Below are positions 13,841-28,204 of a stretch of 64,000 nucleotides of DNA, piece after piece. Location: assembly GCA_038087875.1 (NCBI GenBank), contig CM075978.1, positions 175,336,001 to 175,400,000 on the forward strand, in the 5' to 3' direction. This DNA is from Malacoraja senta. Taxonomy: Eukaryota. A program made the position numbers and the translations under genes. Under the pieces are notes generated by a model, which saw nothing but the letters and a program-made list of their open reading frames with translations, had not been told where the DNA came from and did not search any database. Position 1 is the first letter of the stretch, and each line of letters begins with the position of its first letter.

Positions 13841-14751
13841 GTAATCAAGGGTGACTGAGCTTAACAGCAAATAGTTTCTAGCTTTTGCTCTTTCTCTCCC
13901 TTTTGAACTACTTTGCTACTTACTACTTAGCTTTTGAACTACATATTTATAGAATCATGGAAATTTCTAGTGCAGTAGAAGTCATGAGGAATCAATGAGA
14001 CACGGCATGGAAACAGGCTCTTCAGTCCACCTGGTCCATTCCGACCATCTATCACTCATTTACACTGATCCTACACTAATCTTAATTTTTATACTTCTCT
14101 CAATCTCATCAACAGCCCTGATTCCACCCACTCACCTACACATGAGGAGAAATTTATAGCAACCAATTATCTTTCGATGTGCACATTGAGGAGAACATGC
14201 AAATGCAGCACAGGCAGCAATAGAGGTCAGAAATGCACCCAGGTCTCTCGCACTATAGAGCTAGCAGCTCTATCCACTGCACAGCTGTGCTGCCATTTAT
14301 TTAATTTTTGTCCTTTCAGCCATGATCGTGTGCAAGCTCTTTAAAAGAACAATTACGGTGCCGCAGCAGCAGAGTTGCTGCCTTACAGCGCCATGTATTG
14401 TATTCATGTATAGTTTTTACTTTGATTGGACAGCGGGTAAACAAAAGTTTTTCACTGTACCTTGGTACATCTGATAATAATAAACTAAACTAAGCTAAAG
14501 CTTCTCTGTACAAAATGAAAGATGGGCGGAACTAAAGATGGGGAGCTGAGACAGCAGGTCTAGAGGCACCAGTTTCACAAATGGTTTCTTAGAGGGATTT
14601 GAGAAGTTGGAATGAACAGGCTTGCTTTGCACTAAGCTAGGGAGCTAATTGTCTGCAGTGCTACATGTGGGGGCTCCTTGTTCAGCATCTCTCCATCATA
14701 CACCTGCCCATCGGTATTTTTACACCTCTTTGTCTCCCCTGCCATTCCTAG

Positions 14752-14943
14752 GACCTGCAGTTCCTGTCTGAGGGATTGGAAGGCCGTTCTCACAGCCCGG
14801 TTGGCATCCTGTTTGATTCTCTTCTTCGTCCTAATGCTGATTTGGGTGAATCTGTAGATTCAGTGCTCAGCTGGAGGCTTGAACCCGACCAATATATTCC
14901 TCACCTGGCCCTGAGCAAAGGACCACTGGGAGGGGCTTGGCAC
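14752..14943 (+). CDS. OSGIN1: OSGIN1 coding exon 3 (DLQFLSEGLEGRSHSPVGILFDSLLRP...GGAWH)
   Basis: cctag|GAC to CAC|gtaagt, 192 nt, conserved OSGIN sequence. Confidence 0.93.
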
Positions 14944-15589
14944 GTAAGTGTGGAAGCATTTAAGTTCAGTTCCTGATTATACCACTAGTGGCTGTGTTTG
15001 ACTGTGGATAGTGGCATATTTTTGTGTTTATATATGGCTTTGTATTACATCCTTAATAACATGTGCAATAAACAATATGAAAACTGTTGAAATAACCAAT
15101 GGTTCTAATCACATTTATAATCCATTGGATCAAACACCCTTCCATCCTGTGTAGGAAGGAACTGCAGATGCTGGTTTAAACCAAAGATAGATATAAAATA
15201 AACATAAAATGCTGAAGGCGTCTACCTTTTCTGGAGAGTCGACTTGAAACGTCACCCATTCCTTCTATCCAGAGATGCTGTCTTTCCCGCTGAGTTAATC
15301 CAGTATTTTGTGTCACCCTTCCACCTTCTCTCATTATGCACCTCTTCAATCCCAGTTTGATCCATGGCTGTGTGATCCTGTGGGACAGAGCTATAAATCA
15401 TAACCTACACTTTCTCCTTGTGTCTTCTCATTCCAAATACCAATGGTGAATTACCCAATGACACAACATCCTGCAACCCTGACGTTTATCTTCCTATCAT
15501 TTACCTCTCAGCTAAGTAGTTTTCATTAACTTTGGAAAAGCACAATCATATTCAGGATTAACCCTTGGTTGATTTTGTTCCATTGGCAG

Positions 15590-15681
15590 TCCATAGAGGG
15601 TTCCGTCTTCACCCTCAGTCTTGGGGACTGGATGGAGCTGCCCGACCTCCCTTTCAGGGACTGGATGAGGGACAAGAGAAG
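15590..15681 (+). CDS. OSGIN1: OSGIN1 coding exon 4 (SIEGSVFTLSLGDWMELPDLPFRDWMRDKR)
   Basis: ggcag|TCC to AG|gtaaag, 92 nt, phase 0 to 2. Confidence 0.93.
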
Positions 15682-17469
15682 GTAAAGGCTTTACCAGATT
15701 TAATATGCCTACACTGACCTGCCTGATTTTGTTCCCACATCTTCTCAATCCTTACCAGCCAATAGTACAATGATACCACAAACATGTGCCAATTGAGATC
15801 ACATTGAGAGAAGATTTGGATTTGAGCTAAATGTGGTGCAGAGAGTTGCACGGTACAGCTGTAATTAGAGCTAATGTCTCTGTGCCAGACACGGGGTTCA
15901 ATCGTTACCTCAGATACTGTCAGTGTGAAGTTTTAATATTCTCCCTGTGACTGTGTGGGTTTTCTTCATGTGTCACCAACTCTTACAGCATGGATACAGG
16001 CCATTCTTTAGAGACTGCCTAACATACAGATCAGGTCATCATCCCATTATCCATGGGGCAAAATTAACTGTAATTTCACCAATTTTCCAGCACTGGTACG
16101 TCCTTGAAGGTAGCAGAGCATGTAGATAACATGGCTTTGAAGGCATATGGATTATTAATCGTTAGTCCGGCAATGAATTCAAGAGCAGTGAGGTTATAAT
16201 TCAACTTTATAAAGCATTGATTGGATCTTAGCTGGAGTAGTGCATACAGTTCTGGTCACCAAGGTGAACAAATGATGATATAGCACAGGAGAGGGTGCAA
16301 AAGAGATTCACCAGGATAAGCATGGGATGAACTATGTCAGCAATGTGGACAGACTGGACAGCATGCGTCTGTCACCCTGGAATGGAGGTTAAGAAGGGGA
16401 CTTGATTGTGATACCTAAAATGCTGAGAGATATAGATCGGGTAGACTGCAGGAAATTTTTTCCCAAATCAAAGATAGATAAAAATATAGGACATGACTTT
16501 AGGATATAGAAAAAGAGATTTAGATTTAGAGACCTTTTACACCCAGATTGCAGTGAGTATCTGGAATACACAGAGAAAGATAGTGGAAGCCGCATGACTC
16601 CATAACTCTTAGTGTACTGGATAAGCTATAATTCAGAGAACAGTTTGAAAACTGAATTCTATAACAAAAGATTTGGTATCTGTAAATTGGTAAAACTCCA
16701 GTAATCGGTAAGTGGACAGGACACCAGGTACCCTCAGTCCATCAGCTACGTATATTTGCCTGCCGCTAGGGAATAAGCGCTGGCCTTGTCAACATGTAAA
16801 CTCATGGAGAACATGGAACAAAGCAAAAAACAGTCAAATTTCAAAGTGTCATTGAGTCATGGATTCACAGGATCATGCAACACAGGCTCTTCGGCCCACC
16901 ATGTCCATGCCCATCCACACTAATTCTATTTGCCCACTTTGGAACCGCATTCTTGTCTATTTGAGTGTCTGCGTAAATATCTTTTATCCTAGTAATTGCA
17001 TCTAATTCTACCACCTCCTCTAGAAATGAATTCCAGATATCAACTGCAGGAAACTTTTTCCCATATTGAAGGTGACTAACACTATATGACATAGTCTAAA
17101 AGATCTGCCCCTAAAATCCCTCCATGCGCTCCTGATTTGAAACCTCTCCCATGGATAAAAAATCCTGATTATCTCTCCTCTCGTACTCTTAGATAATTCT
17201 TTCAGCTCTTCCCTCAGCCAGCTTCATTTCAGGGAAAACAAGCCCAGAACGACCAATCTATTTCAAATGATCTCCTTTCCAGGCACCAATTAAAAGGAGT
17301 TTCAACAGGTACTTGGGTAGAGAAGGAATAGAGTGACATGCATCTAATAATGGTACAAATGGAATCAACATAAATAGGCATCATGGGATAGTGATTGGGC
17401 TGAAGGTCCTGTTATTCTGAAGTATAGCTCTTAAACTCTGTGAACATCCTGGTGAATCTCCTCTGCAAT

Positions 17470-19710
17470 AAGCGAGTTCGGTATTTCAACTGCGCATGCC
17501 CAGGTCATAGGTCACTCGGGAAAAACATTCTAACCTGCTGAGCTGCTGCGTGTGTACAGACCTGCTTATTCATTTCAATGAGATTTATAAATAAATGTAT
17601 CCGTCAAATATGTCAGCAGTAGGCCACAGCGTACTGCACGCTGCACAAATCCGCAATTGTATCTATTTAAATTATTGACTCAATGCAGCACCAGCCTTGA
17701 AAACGCAAGAATGCCTGGAACGAACCTATCAGTTATCAAATCCCTAGCATTAGCCTGTCACAGTCATTCAAATTCGATATTGATTTACACGAATTACAAG
17801 TTGTGTGGTCAACTAATTATGAGAATTTGCAGCCATTTGAACCATAGCCAAACTAGATGCTTCACTCGGAAGTGGGTCGCAGTTCCCCAGCTGACGGGAC
17901 CTATTCTCGCTCTGTTTGAAGGAGGCGCAGTCTGCCCCAGCGAGTGTGGAAACGCGGAGCCAACCCGTAATATGAGTGGGTGCATTTTCTCAGTCGGACT
18001 TTGTCGACAGTTGGGGTGGGGGGATCTGGGAGAGAGAGAGAGCTGGCGATGCCGCACAGACGGAACAGTTTAGTAACAACCTATTAAAATCCACCCTTCA
18101 GCTACTCGGCAACCTGGGATGATCTGATCTGACAGCCCTCTCCCTATCTCGCTGCGTGCCCGATCCTATGCAGAACCTCCACAAAACCCTTGGGCTTCGG
18201 GTAACACCTGCACAAAGAGCCTCTGCTAACAAGGGCTGGCGAACTGTGCTGGTCAACGTGCACTGGGCGAGATAGCTGGGGCAAACACACCGCAACCACT
18301 GCAAACTTGGAACAGCACAGACCCTCTACTCAATCTATCCAATCTATCAAACTGGAGATATAGGGTTTACGTGAGAGGGGTGAGATTTAGGAAGGTGTTC
18401 AAGGATAATAATTTCATTGAGAACGGAAAACGTATCTGGAATGGGCTGCTAGCGGAATAGATTGGGTCTGATAAATTTACGACGTTAGAATGACATTTGG
18501 ACAGATGCACACATAGGAAAAATCTAGAGGGTTGTATGCCATATCCAGGAAAAAGGGACTGGTGCAGAATGCTACCTTGGTCGGCAAAGACTGATGCACC
18601 AACTCGCCCGTTGCCGTGCAGTCTATGACTGCATAACTCCACAGATTGTATTAGGTCTCATTGAAAGCTACTGTCTGAACAATCACGAACAGAGGTGCAC
18701 CCTACAGCGTCACCAGCGCAAGACTTGCAGGATGATATCAAGGAGCTCGGCTCCAACTGCAGTAGACAAACGATAATATTTCAGGTGGATTGAAGTTCAA
18801 GCAGAATAAATAGTGTGACCACAATCGCTTTGGAAGTGGATAGTCTTGCTGCCTAAAGGGCACACCCCAGTGTAATCAAATGAACGACAGCCAAATTGTA
18901 ACTGTAAAGGTTTGTCTGCATCTGGCAGATTGTTTCCCAATGCGGCGTTAGAGGCATGAGATGCAATCGTTGATGTTTCCCATAGCCTCGCTTGTCACAG
19001 TGTGAACACTTGCAATGGTGGTGGGTTGTTCTTTCAGTGAAAATAAAGATATAACGATTTAATGTTATTCAACCTCTGTTTGACCCTCTTGGGAGACTAG
19101 CTTGCCTTCCCCTCCCCCACCCCCCCCGCCCCACCCCCCTCCCAAGTTAAACCTGAAATGACACCCCTGTTTGACAGCTCCTGTGCCTAAAAAATTAGCA
19201 CTGCAACACTGCTTATATCGGATTGGCGGCTCCTTCACAGGACCAACCCTGTACTCAGTTTTCCTCGGAGATTAATCTTTGCCTTAATGGTAAATGCTTT
19301 GCCTGTAGGTAAAGCATCAGCCCACATCTCACTGATACAGTCGCCTCAGATTAAATATTTTTACACACAAATTATGAATAAAGATAAGAAAATGTTTCAA
19401 ACACAAGTAATATTTTCTTATTCCACTAGCAAACACATTAAGGATTAAATGAAATTAATAAATTCTTTAACTTTTTGAATATCTCATAATTGCAGATTAA
19501 TGAACTGAACTAGAACTGGGACTGTGTAAGTAGTGTGTGAACAGCGGATGAAAGGAAGCTATTGAGTTGACAGAATTCTAGATTAATTAATTGGCAGACT
19601 AGTTAACAATTTATACACAGTTTATACAGCGCTGCGTTCGCTTTTTTTTCCCGAATGACCGTTGACAAATCCCATGATTCCTTGCGTTTATCGGAATACC
19701 GAACTCGCTT
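17470..19710. mobile_element. Non-autonomous TIR DNA element, ISL2EU (PIF/Harbinger-related)-like
   Basis: Perfect TIRs AAGCGAGTTCGGTATT / AATACCGAACTCGCTT, flanked by AT on both sides (empty site CAATTG). Splits a CR1 fragment. Confidence 0.7.
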
Positions 19711-20049
19711 ATTGTCAGTGCAACTGCACCCCCTCCTGTGATGACCAAAACTGCAAGCAATACTCCAAGTGCAACCTAACCAGTGTTTTTATAAAGTTGA
19801 AAGAATGCAGTTGCTGCAATCTCTGAACCATGAATCACTTCACTGGATGTTGACAAATCATCTTGCCACTGGTCCACCACATCATTTGTAGTCTGGTTTC
19901 CTCTCTCTGTGATGTTATAAATACGTTTGGGCCAGACAGCCTGCATCTGGAATTGAAGGGCACCTTTCAAATCCAGATGCTATCTTGGAAAACAGGTTGA
20001 GTTCCCACAATATTTACCTTCAAGATAAAATGTTCTGTTTCTGAGCAAA

Positions 20050-21420
20050 TCACCTCTGGCGACCTCCCTTCCACAGCCTCCAACTTTATAGTTTCCCAAC
20101 CTCACGCTGCCCACTTCTATCCCCTTCCCAAAGTCCACAAACAGGACTGCCCTGGCAAACCCATCGTTTCTGCCAGCTCTTTCCCAACATACAGTAACTG
20201 ATCTCCAAATATGATTCTTTCCTATCCCCTCCTTGTCCAGTCCCTTCCGACCTACATCTGAGACACCTCGCACGCCCTTGAACTCTTCAATAACTTTCAA
20301 TCTCTAGGCTCCCATTGCCTCATCTATACCACAGAACATCCAGTTTGAAGAACGGTTTCGGCCCCAAACGTTGCCTATTTCCTTCGCTCCATAGATGCTG
20401 CTGCTGAGTTTCTCCAGCATTTTTGTCTACCATCCAGTCCATTTACACTTCCATTCCCACCAGGAAGGTTTTCCGGTTCTTCCTTGAACAGAGACCCAAT
20501 CAATTTTCTACTAACACTCTCCTCAATCTGGCTTAATGTCCTCACTCTCAACAACTTATCTTTTGATTCCTCTTGCTTTCTTCATTAATGGGTAGCCATG
20601 GGCACCTGTATGGGCCCAGCTAAGCATGCCTTTATGTTGGTTATGTCGAACAGTCTTTGTTCCAAATGTACACTGGCATTATCTGCTCACACTTTCTCTG
20701 CTACATCATATGACTGCATTGGGGGGTGCCTGCTGCACCTGTTCAGAACCTGTTCAGAACTTGCTAATTTCATTAACATCTTTCTTTAGTACACTTGGAT
20801 ACTCCCCTGGTCCTCACATTTCACGCCGTCAGCCACCACATTCTCCAACATTTCCACCACTTTCAGTGTGATCCCACCACCAGTAACATCTTCCCACCAC
20901 CACCCATTTCTGCCTTCTGCGGAGAACACTCCCCCCACAACTCCTTGGTCCACATCCCTTTGCACCTAAACCACTCCCTCCCCAGATTCTTTCTCCTGCA
21001 ACCCCAAGAGATGCAACATCTGTCCTATTCCTTCTCCCTCACATCCATCCAGTGACCCTAGCAATCATTCCAGGTGAGACTAAGGTTCACGTGCACATCC
21101 TCTAACCTCATCTACTGCATCCAATGTTCCCGATGTGTCCTCCGTTACCTTGGCGAGACTAATTATAGACTCGGCGACCAGTTCCCTGAACACTTGCACA
21201 CAGTGCACCGAGGTCTACTGGATCTACTGGTTGCTAATCATTTTAACTCCCCATCCTACCCCCTTACTGACCTTTCTGTCCTGGGCCCCCTCCATTTCCA
21301 GAGGCCACATGTAAACTGGAGGAATAGCACCTTATATACCACTTGGGTAGCTTGCAACCTAATTGTATGAACACTTGAATTCTCCAATGTTAGGTAGCTG
21401 ATCGCAAACGCCACCTACCC
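20050..21420 (+). mobile_element. Degenerate Penelope-like retroelement (RT and GIY-YIG remnants)
   Basis: GxAMGTCMGP, IQSIYTSIP and FTCTSSNLIYCIQCSRC...YLGET remnants with frameshifts. A short tail insertion with TSD catccagt (20337-20344 / 20431-20438) is nested inside it. Confidence 0.82.
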
Positions 21421-21477
21421 CTTCTCTCCCTACCTTCCCTCCATCTTCTCATCCCTGTGACCAACCTGGATTTGGTC

Positions 21478-22490
21478 ATGTCATAAGTGATAGGAGCATA
21501 TTGAGGCCATCAAGTCTACTCCACTATTCAATCATGGTTAATCTATCTCTCCCTCCTAACCCCATTTTCCTGCCTTCTCTCCATAACCCCTGACACCCAT
21601 ACCAATTAAGGATCTATCTCTGCCTTAAAAATATACATTGACCTGGCATCCACACCCTTGAGTGGCGAAGAATTCCACAGATTCGCCACCCTCTGACTAA
21701 AGAAATTCCTCCTCATCACTTTCTTAAAGGTACGTCCTTTAATTCTGAGGCTATGACCTCAAGTCCTAGACTGTCCCACCAGTGGAAACATCCTCTCCAC
21801 ATCCACTCTATCCAAGCCTTTCACTATTTGATAAGTTGCAATGCAGTCACCCCTCATCCTTCTAAACTCCAGCGAGTACAGGCCCAAGTGCCGTCAAATG
21901 CTCATCATATGTTGACCTGGGATCAATCTTGTAAACCTCCTCTTGACCCTCTCCAGTGCCAGCACATCCTTCCTCAGATATGGTGCCCAAAATTGCTCAC
22001 AATACTCCAAATGCGACCTGACCAGCGCCTTATAGAGCCTCAGCATTACATCCTTTTTTGTATTCTAGCCCTCTTGAAATAAATGCTATCATTGCGTTTG
22101 TCTTCTTTACTAACGATTTGGCTTGCAAATTTACTTTTTGAGAATCCTGCACCAACACTCCCAAGTCCCTTTGCACCTTTGATTTCTGATTCTGTCCCCA
22201 TTTAGAAAATAGGCGACACCATTATTCCTACTACCTAAATGCATGACTCCATACTTTGCTGCACTATATTCCATCTGCCACTCTCTGCCCACTTTTCCAA
22301 CCTGTCCAAGTCCTTCTGCAGAGTCCCTGCTTTCACTACACTACCTGCCCTTCCGTCTATTTTTGTATCATCTGTAAACCTGGCCACAAAGCTTTCAATC
22401 CCCTCATCCAAATCATTAACATACAACGTGAAGAGCAGCGGCCCCAGCACCGACCCTTGCGGAACTCCGCTAGTCATTGGCAGCCATTTG
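21478..22490 (-). mobile_element. CR1-type LINE fragment (RT)
   Basis: SGVPQGSVLGPLLFTLYVNDL...FTDDTK. Confidence 0.85.
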
Positions 22491-23024
22491 CATTATGATT
22501 TGGATTTCGTCCCTTCCACCTATATTCCTGACTCGGGATTCACAATTTGCACTTCTATCCTTATCTCACACCTCTTGTCTTTTCATCTTTGGTTTCTGTT
22601 CAACTGTCTGCTTATCAACCCCCCCCCCCCCCCTCATCTGTATTCACCTATATCTAGCCAGGCTTTGTCTCGCCTCTCTGTCTTTCCAGCCCCCAATCTG
22701 TGTGAAGGAGGCGCCCTACCCAAAAGTCTTTGTCCAGAGATGCTGAGTTCCTTGAGCACTTTGTTTCTTTTCTTTTGTAAACCAACATCTGTATTTATCT
22801 GTATTTCCTTGTTCCTCTATCAGTAGCATGTTGAGTAGCAGAGTAAAGGATAATAATCTCGCTGAGGGGTTTGGTGACCTCGAGTGGTTACAGAACTTCG
22901 TGGTTCTAGCAAATACAAGTTGAGGGAGAGACGGATGACTTAACACCCTGCCTTTGGCAATGTTGGCAGCCATTTTCAATGGTTCCCCAACGGACCACCA
23001 CTGATGTGTCTGCTTACTTTGCAG

Positions 23025-24012
23025 GTGCCTACGGAACGACAGAGCCACGACGGCGGACATTGCCCAGTACTACCAGCACTACGTCCATGCCAAAGGGCTG
23101 CAGGGCAACTTCGTGTGCGGGACCATTGTCACTTCGGTGAGGCGGTTCAGTGGGCCTTCTGACAGGGAAGAGGAGCCATGCATGGCCCAAGCGGCCGGAG
23201 CTCAAACCGCTGACACCTCCACTCGCGCCGGCCTGTTCGAGGTGTCCGGTTATAGTCAAATGAAGGATGGCTCGAAAGAAACCTTCTGCATCTACGCGGA
23301 AAACATCGTCCTGGCCACGGGCACTTACGATAGCCCCGCTCGACTTGGTGTGGACGGAGAAGACCTTCCATTCATTTACCACACAACTTCGGATGTGGAA
23401 ACGGCCATCAGGGAGCATCGAAGTGGAACGAGCTGTGACCCTATTTTGGTAGTGGGGGCTGGTCTGACCGCTGCCGACGCTATCATCGCCGCTCGTCACA
23501 GCAGTGCCCCAGTGGTCCATGTGTTCCGCAGGGAGGTGAACGACCCATCTCTGATCTTCAACCAACTCCCCAAAGTGATGTATCCGGAATACCACAAGGT
23601 TCATCAGATGATGGTGCGGCAGGTCTGTACCAGCACCGGTCCATACGACGACTACCTCAGCCTTCCGAGGCACCAAGTGATCGGTTTCTCCCCCGACAGC
23701 AAGTGCATCCTTCTGGACATGGAGTCGAGAGAAAACAGGATAGTCAACATCTCCACAGCCCTCGTCCTGATCGGTTCAGACCCCAACCTGACGTTCCTGC
23801 CTGACTGTGGAAGGTCGCTGGCAGTCAATGTGGGGATGCCAGTGCACGCCAAACACAACCCCATCGAGGTGGACTGCTACACGTACGAGTGCGTGCAGGA
23901 GAGTGGCGTATATGCTCTCGGGCCGCTGGTGGCCGACAACTTTGTCCGCTTCCTGCAGGGAGGTGCTCTGGCTATCACCAGTGCTCTGCTCAAGGACCGG
24001 GCCGATGCCTAA
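23025..24012 (+). CDS. OSGIN1: OSGIN1 terminal coding exon (oxidative stress-induced growth inhibitor 1, FAD/NAD-binding oxidoreductase-like)
   Basis: tttgcag|G, then CLRNDRATTADIAQYY..., ENIVLATG, VVGAGLTAADA, QLPKVMYPEYHKVH, GPLVADNFVRFLQGGA, stop TAA 24010-24012. Total CDS is 1458 nt. Paralog chosen over OSGIN2 by synteny with SLC38A8/NECAB2. Confidence 0.93.
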
Positions 24013-25183
24013 AGTCCAATCCAGAGCCAGCCTTCAAGCAGCTGAACACTCAAACTTAACACTAACATGGTGGTTGAGGGCCAGCAAGGGGTCTCCTTTG
24101 GGATCCCGCCTTCATTTTGCGCCACTGAGTGACGCAAATGAATCCCTCCTTCATTTTGGTCACACTGAGTGACGCGAGGTGCGAAGGGCAGCTCACCTGC
24201 AAAAACGTACTTTGTGGGAAAAGCACAGGCGCCTGTCAAGCCAATTGAAGTGGTTGATATAAACACAATGATAAGATGTGGTGTGTACCTGGTTTAAAGC
24301 CTATTATCTGAGAAGATCTGTCACAATTTTCCCACTCACCAGCACACGTTAGATTAGCACAAGCAAGGGATAGGGCCCTCTCTCGACATAACTTTTGTGT
24401 GTGTCAGCGAACCTGACAGAAATTCTGTGAAACCAGATTCCTGGAAAAACTCGTTCAGGGCCGTTTTTATTCCAGGAAAGCCCATTTGGACTCTGGGACC
24501 ATGCAGATTCTTTGGGAACCACAAATTGAGGGCCAGGCACTTAATCAGCCCCCCCTGACAATTCCAGACAGATGCTGCTTTGTAAAGTTTCTGTGTTGGC
24601 GGACAGCCCAGGCTGACAGAGTAAAGTGCCTGTGCGAGCGACGGTCTCGGTCATAGGCCCATGGAGTACAGAAACGGGCCCTTCGGCCCACCACATCCAC
24701 ATTAACCCATCTGATTCCATTTGCCAGCACCTGGTCCACTGCTCTCTATATTGAGAGATTCAAGTGTTCCTCACATACTTCATGTTAGAGTCTCTGCCTC
24801 CACTACCCATCGGGCAGTGTATTCCACAATCTAACCACCTCTCTGGGGAAAGATCCACTCAAAGCCTCTTCCCCTAACCAGGAACATGTGCCTATAGTTT
24901 TATATATCTCTGCAATGGGGAATGGTCTTTCCTACTATCTCTATCACACCCTCATTGAAGCCTGCTAGGATTAATTATTCAGCCTGACAGTTAAGAGCAG
25001 TTAGTTCTACATGTGGACAGAGGTTGATAGATGGTTGTCTTAAAGCTTCAGTTATCTCTCCCATTACCTATCCCGGTGTGGGCCAATGTTGCAATTAATC
25101 TCAGGGTATATGGCAATTTCTCTACTGAACATAATTTATTTTCTACCTGTATATCTAAAGTTTGTAAAGACTGACATTGTTCT

Positions 25184-25271
25184 AATAAAGTAATATGTTT
25201 TACTGTAAAACGTGCAATGTTGCATTTGTTTTTCTAAAAGATTTAATTAAAAAAAATATCTTCACAATAAA
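25184..25271 (+). terminator. Candidate OSGIN1 polyadenylation signals (AATAAA at 25184 and 25266)
   Basis: Two AATAAA hexamers in an AT-rich stretch about 1.2 kb after the stop codon. Confidence 0.45.
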
Positions 25272-28204
25272 GTTGCTGGCAAATTTCTGAAATATTATGG
25301 AGGTAGTATTAACAGCTTTAACGGGGGGAATATGTGCAATATTGGCAAAAGAGACAAATAAAACTGAGGCATGTTAAAAGGATATTCAAATGAGATTATA
25401 TGGATGAAGAACAAAAGAAGAGGCAACATGACTTTGGGGAGTATACTGTGGACCTATGTGGGAAATGGAAGATTTGTAGCCAAATTTATATCAAATGCAT
25501 CAATAACACAGTCATTATTTGACGGTCACATGGCATTGAAAGAGACCATTTGACCTACTATGTCCAGGCCAACCAGTGGACTCCCATTTTATTAATCCGA
25601 TCATCCAGCATCTAGCCCATAGTCTTCAATGCCTGGGTAATTCAAGCACTCATCTAGACACTCCCTAAATGCTATCAGTGACTCTGCATCCACCACTTTC
25701 TCAGGCAGTATATTCTAGGTATCATTCTCTGGTTGAAATAGAACCCCTCAGATCCCATCAAAATGTCTTCCCTGTTACTCTAAATCTATGCCTTATAGCT
25801 TTATCCTACTCTTATATGACAAAACGTTTCCTGCTGTCTACCCTACCTATATCCCTCATAACTTTGTATACCTAAATCATGTCCCTTCATAAACTCCTCC
25901 ACTCCAAGGAACACAGAACCAGTCTTTCCTCATCTCTCCAGTCTCCTCATAAATGAAATGCTCCATCCCATTGACATCCTGATGTCTGATGAAGGGTTCC
26001 GATCCATAACGTCACCTATTATTTTTCTCCAGAGAATGCTGCCTGACCTGCTGAGCTACTCCAGCATTTTGTGTCTATCTTCAACATGCTGATGAATCTC
26101 CTCTGTACCCTCATTAGTTTTATACTGTCAAGCATGCTGGCAATTTAAAGGGGACAGAGTGTAAATGACTACTAAAGTACAGCCAGAAGAACGTATTTTA
26201 TCCAATATGTAGCAAGTGCATCAGAAGATGGGGACTGTAACAATTCTGAATTTAAATTGTGGAATGAAGCTGGACAAGTCCTTGCATGTTTTATCTGCAG
26301 TTTCTCTGTTGCGGTAACACTATATCCTGCATTATATTTCCTTGCCCTTTATTCCCGCCCTGTTCTATGACTATACATATGGTATGATCTGTAGAAACAA
26401 GGAACTGCAGATGCTAGTTTACAAAATAAGACACAAAGTGCTGGAGTAATACAGCGGGTCAGGCAGCATCTCAGGAGAACTTGGATTGGTGCATTTTCTC
26501 ACCAGGACCCTTCTTCAGGCAGATGAGGGCAGCACAGTGGCACAGCTGACTCTCATATTTCCCCTTTTAGTTAATTTGTTTTAGTTACTTAATTTGCTGA
26601 ATTCTGAACAGCTCCCAATCCTCAGATTTGCTGCTTTTTTTGGCAGCTTCCCAACTGCAGAAATCCAGGTTCATTCTTGATCTGGTGATATATGTGCGGA
26701 GTCTGTACATTCCTCCTGTGATCGTGTAAGTTTGCTCTGGGTGCTCCAGCCCACAACCCAAAGACATGTGGCCAATGGGTTAATTATACACAATAATTTG
26801 CCCCATGTGCATAGGTGAGGGGCAGAATCAGGGGGAAGTTGATGGGATTGTGGGGATGATAAAGCGGTGAATAATGGTCAGTAAGGACCTGGTGGACCAA
26901 AGGGCGTATTTCTGCGCTGTATGACTCCATGAATTGGGACCTGGATTTCGAAGGCAAAGGAAGGCGATATCATCACTTGACAGATTCTGTCTTTGCACTT
27001 CATTGGGTGGGCTGGAGTACTAGATAACAACTAAATGGGTTGAATTGTGTGGGATTCCTTCATGTCTAGTATGTGTGGCTAGCCAAAGAAATTGATTACC
27101 GATTCAGTATTCATTGAGTGACAATGTGGAGAGTCTGAAATTAGCTGAAGCCTAGTCAAATAAGTTCCAAGACCAGCACTAAAAGGGTTAATAGAGAAAG
27201 AGAGCGCTGCTGTGGGAAAATAGAAAATTATCTCATGGCTGACATGCTTGTAATTGGAGAGAGGACTTAACATTAAATCCATAACTTTAAGCTTCGAAAT
27301 CCAAGCAGGAGGCTAACTCGCGCGGTTGACTCCTGACAGACTAACACCACAGGCTGGAGTCCCAGACCTTGGTGTCACTTTGAATCACTCACTTCATTCC
27401 TCATCTTGGAGTTAATGCAGACACATTCCTAGAATTCACAATGCATTAATGATATTTGGAGAACAATGTTCCCTAAATCCTGTGATTGGGCTGTAGTGAA
27501 ATACTGGTAGGATCTATAAACTAAATGGAAAATACATTAGGAATGTTAATATACAGAGGAACCTTGGACTACAAGTCCATTGTTTACTGACAATGGCAGC
27601 ATTGGCTCATGTGACAATAAAAGCACCATTGAACCACTGAAAAGCACCAGAACCATTACAGTAATGGTGATATACTACATGCAAGCAGGCCCTTTAGCCC
27701 ACCGTCCATGCCAACCATCAACCCTCCAATTACACTAATACTATATTAATCCCATTTTATCCTTCCCACATTCCCCATCCATCTCCCTGGTTCTACTGTT
27801 CACCCACACACTGGGGACAATTTCCAGTGGCCAAATAACACAGTGACCCTCGTGTCCTTGAGATTTGGAAGTTAAAAAAGCACCCAAGGGTCCATGTAAT
27901 CACAGGAAGAACGTACAAACAACTGTGGTCAACAGCACTTATCAAGGGAAGTTAGTAATGGGCAACAAATGCCTGCCTGGTCAGTGACAGGCAGACCCCC
28001 CCAAAATGAATACATCAGAAAGTGAAGGTAAATTGAACTGAGCACATTGTAACCACAAATCAGTTTCACCCTAATGTGTAAATTCTGGTGACTAAAGTAC
28101 ACAATTCATGCAGGAAAAGCTGATGATTCGTTCAGTGAAGATAATTCTTTAGTTGCTTTCCTGATAGAAAGGGCCTGTCTGCTTTCACCTGACTCCTGCC
28201 AATG

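Noticed and set aside
23029-23676. 215-aa minus-strand ORF
   Set aside because: Antisense shadow of the GC-rich OSGIN1 terminal exon.
23025-24012. Assignment as OSGIN2 (and of the transporter as SLC38A7)
   Set aside because: Linkage with NECAB2-type exons and SLC38A8-like motifs favours OSGIN1 and SLC38A8; a phylogeny would be the decisive test.
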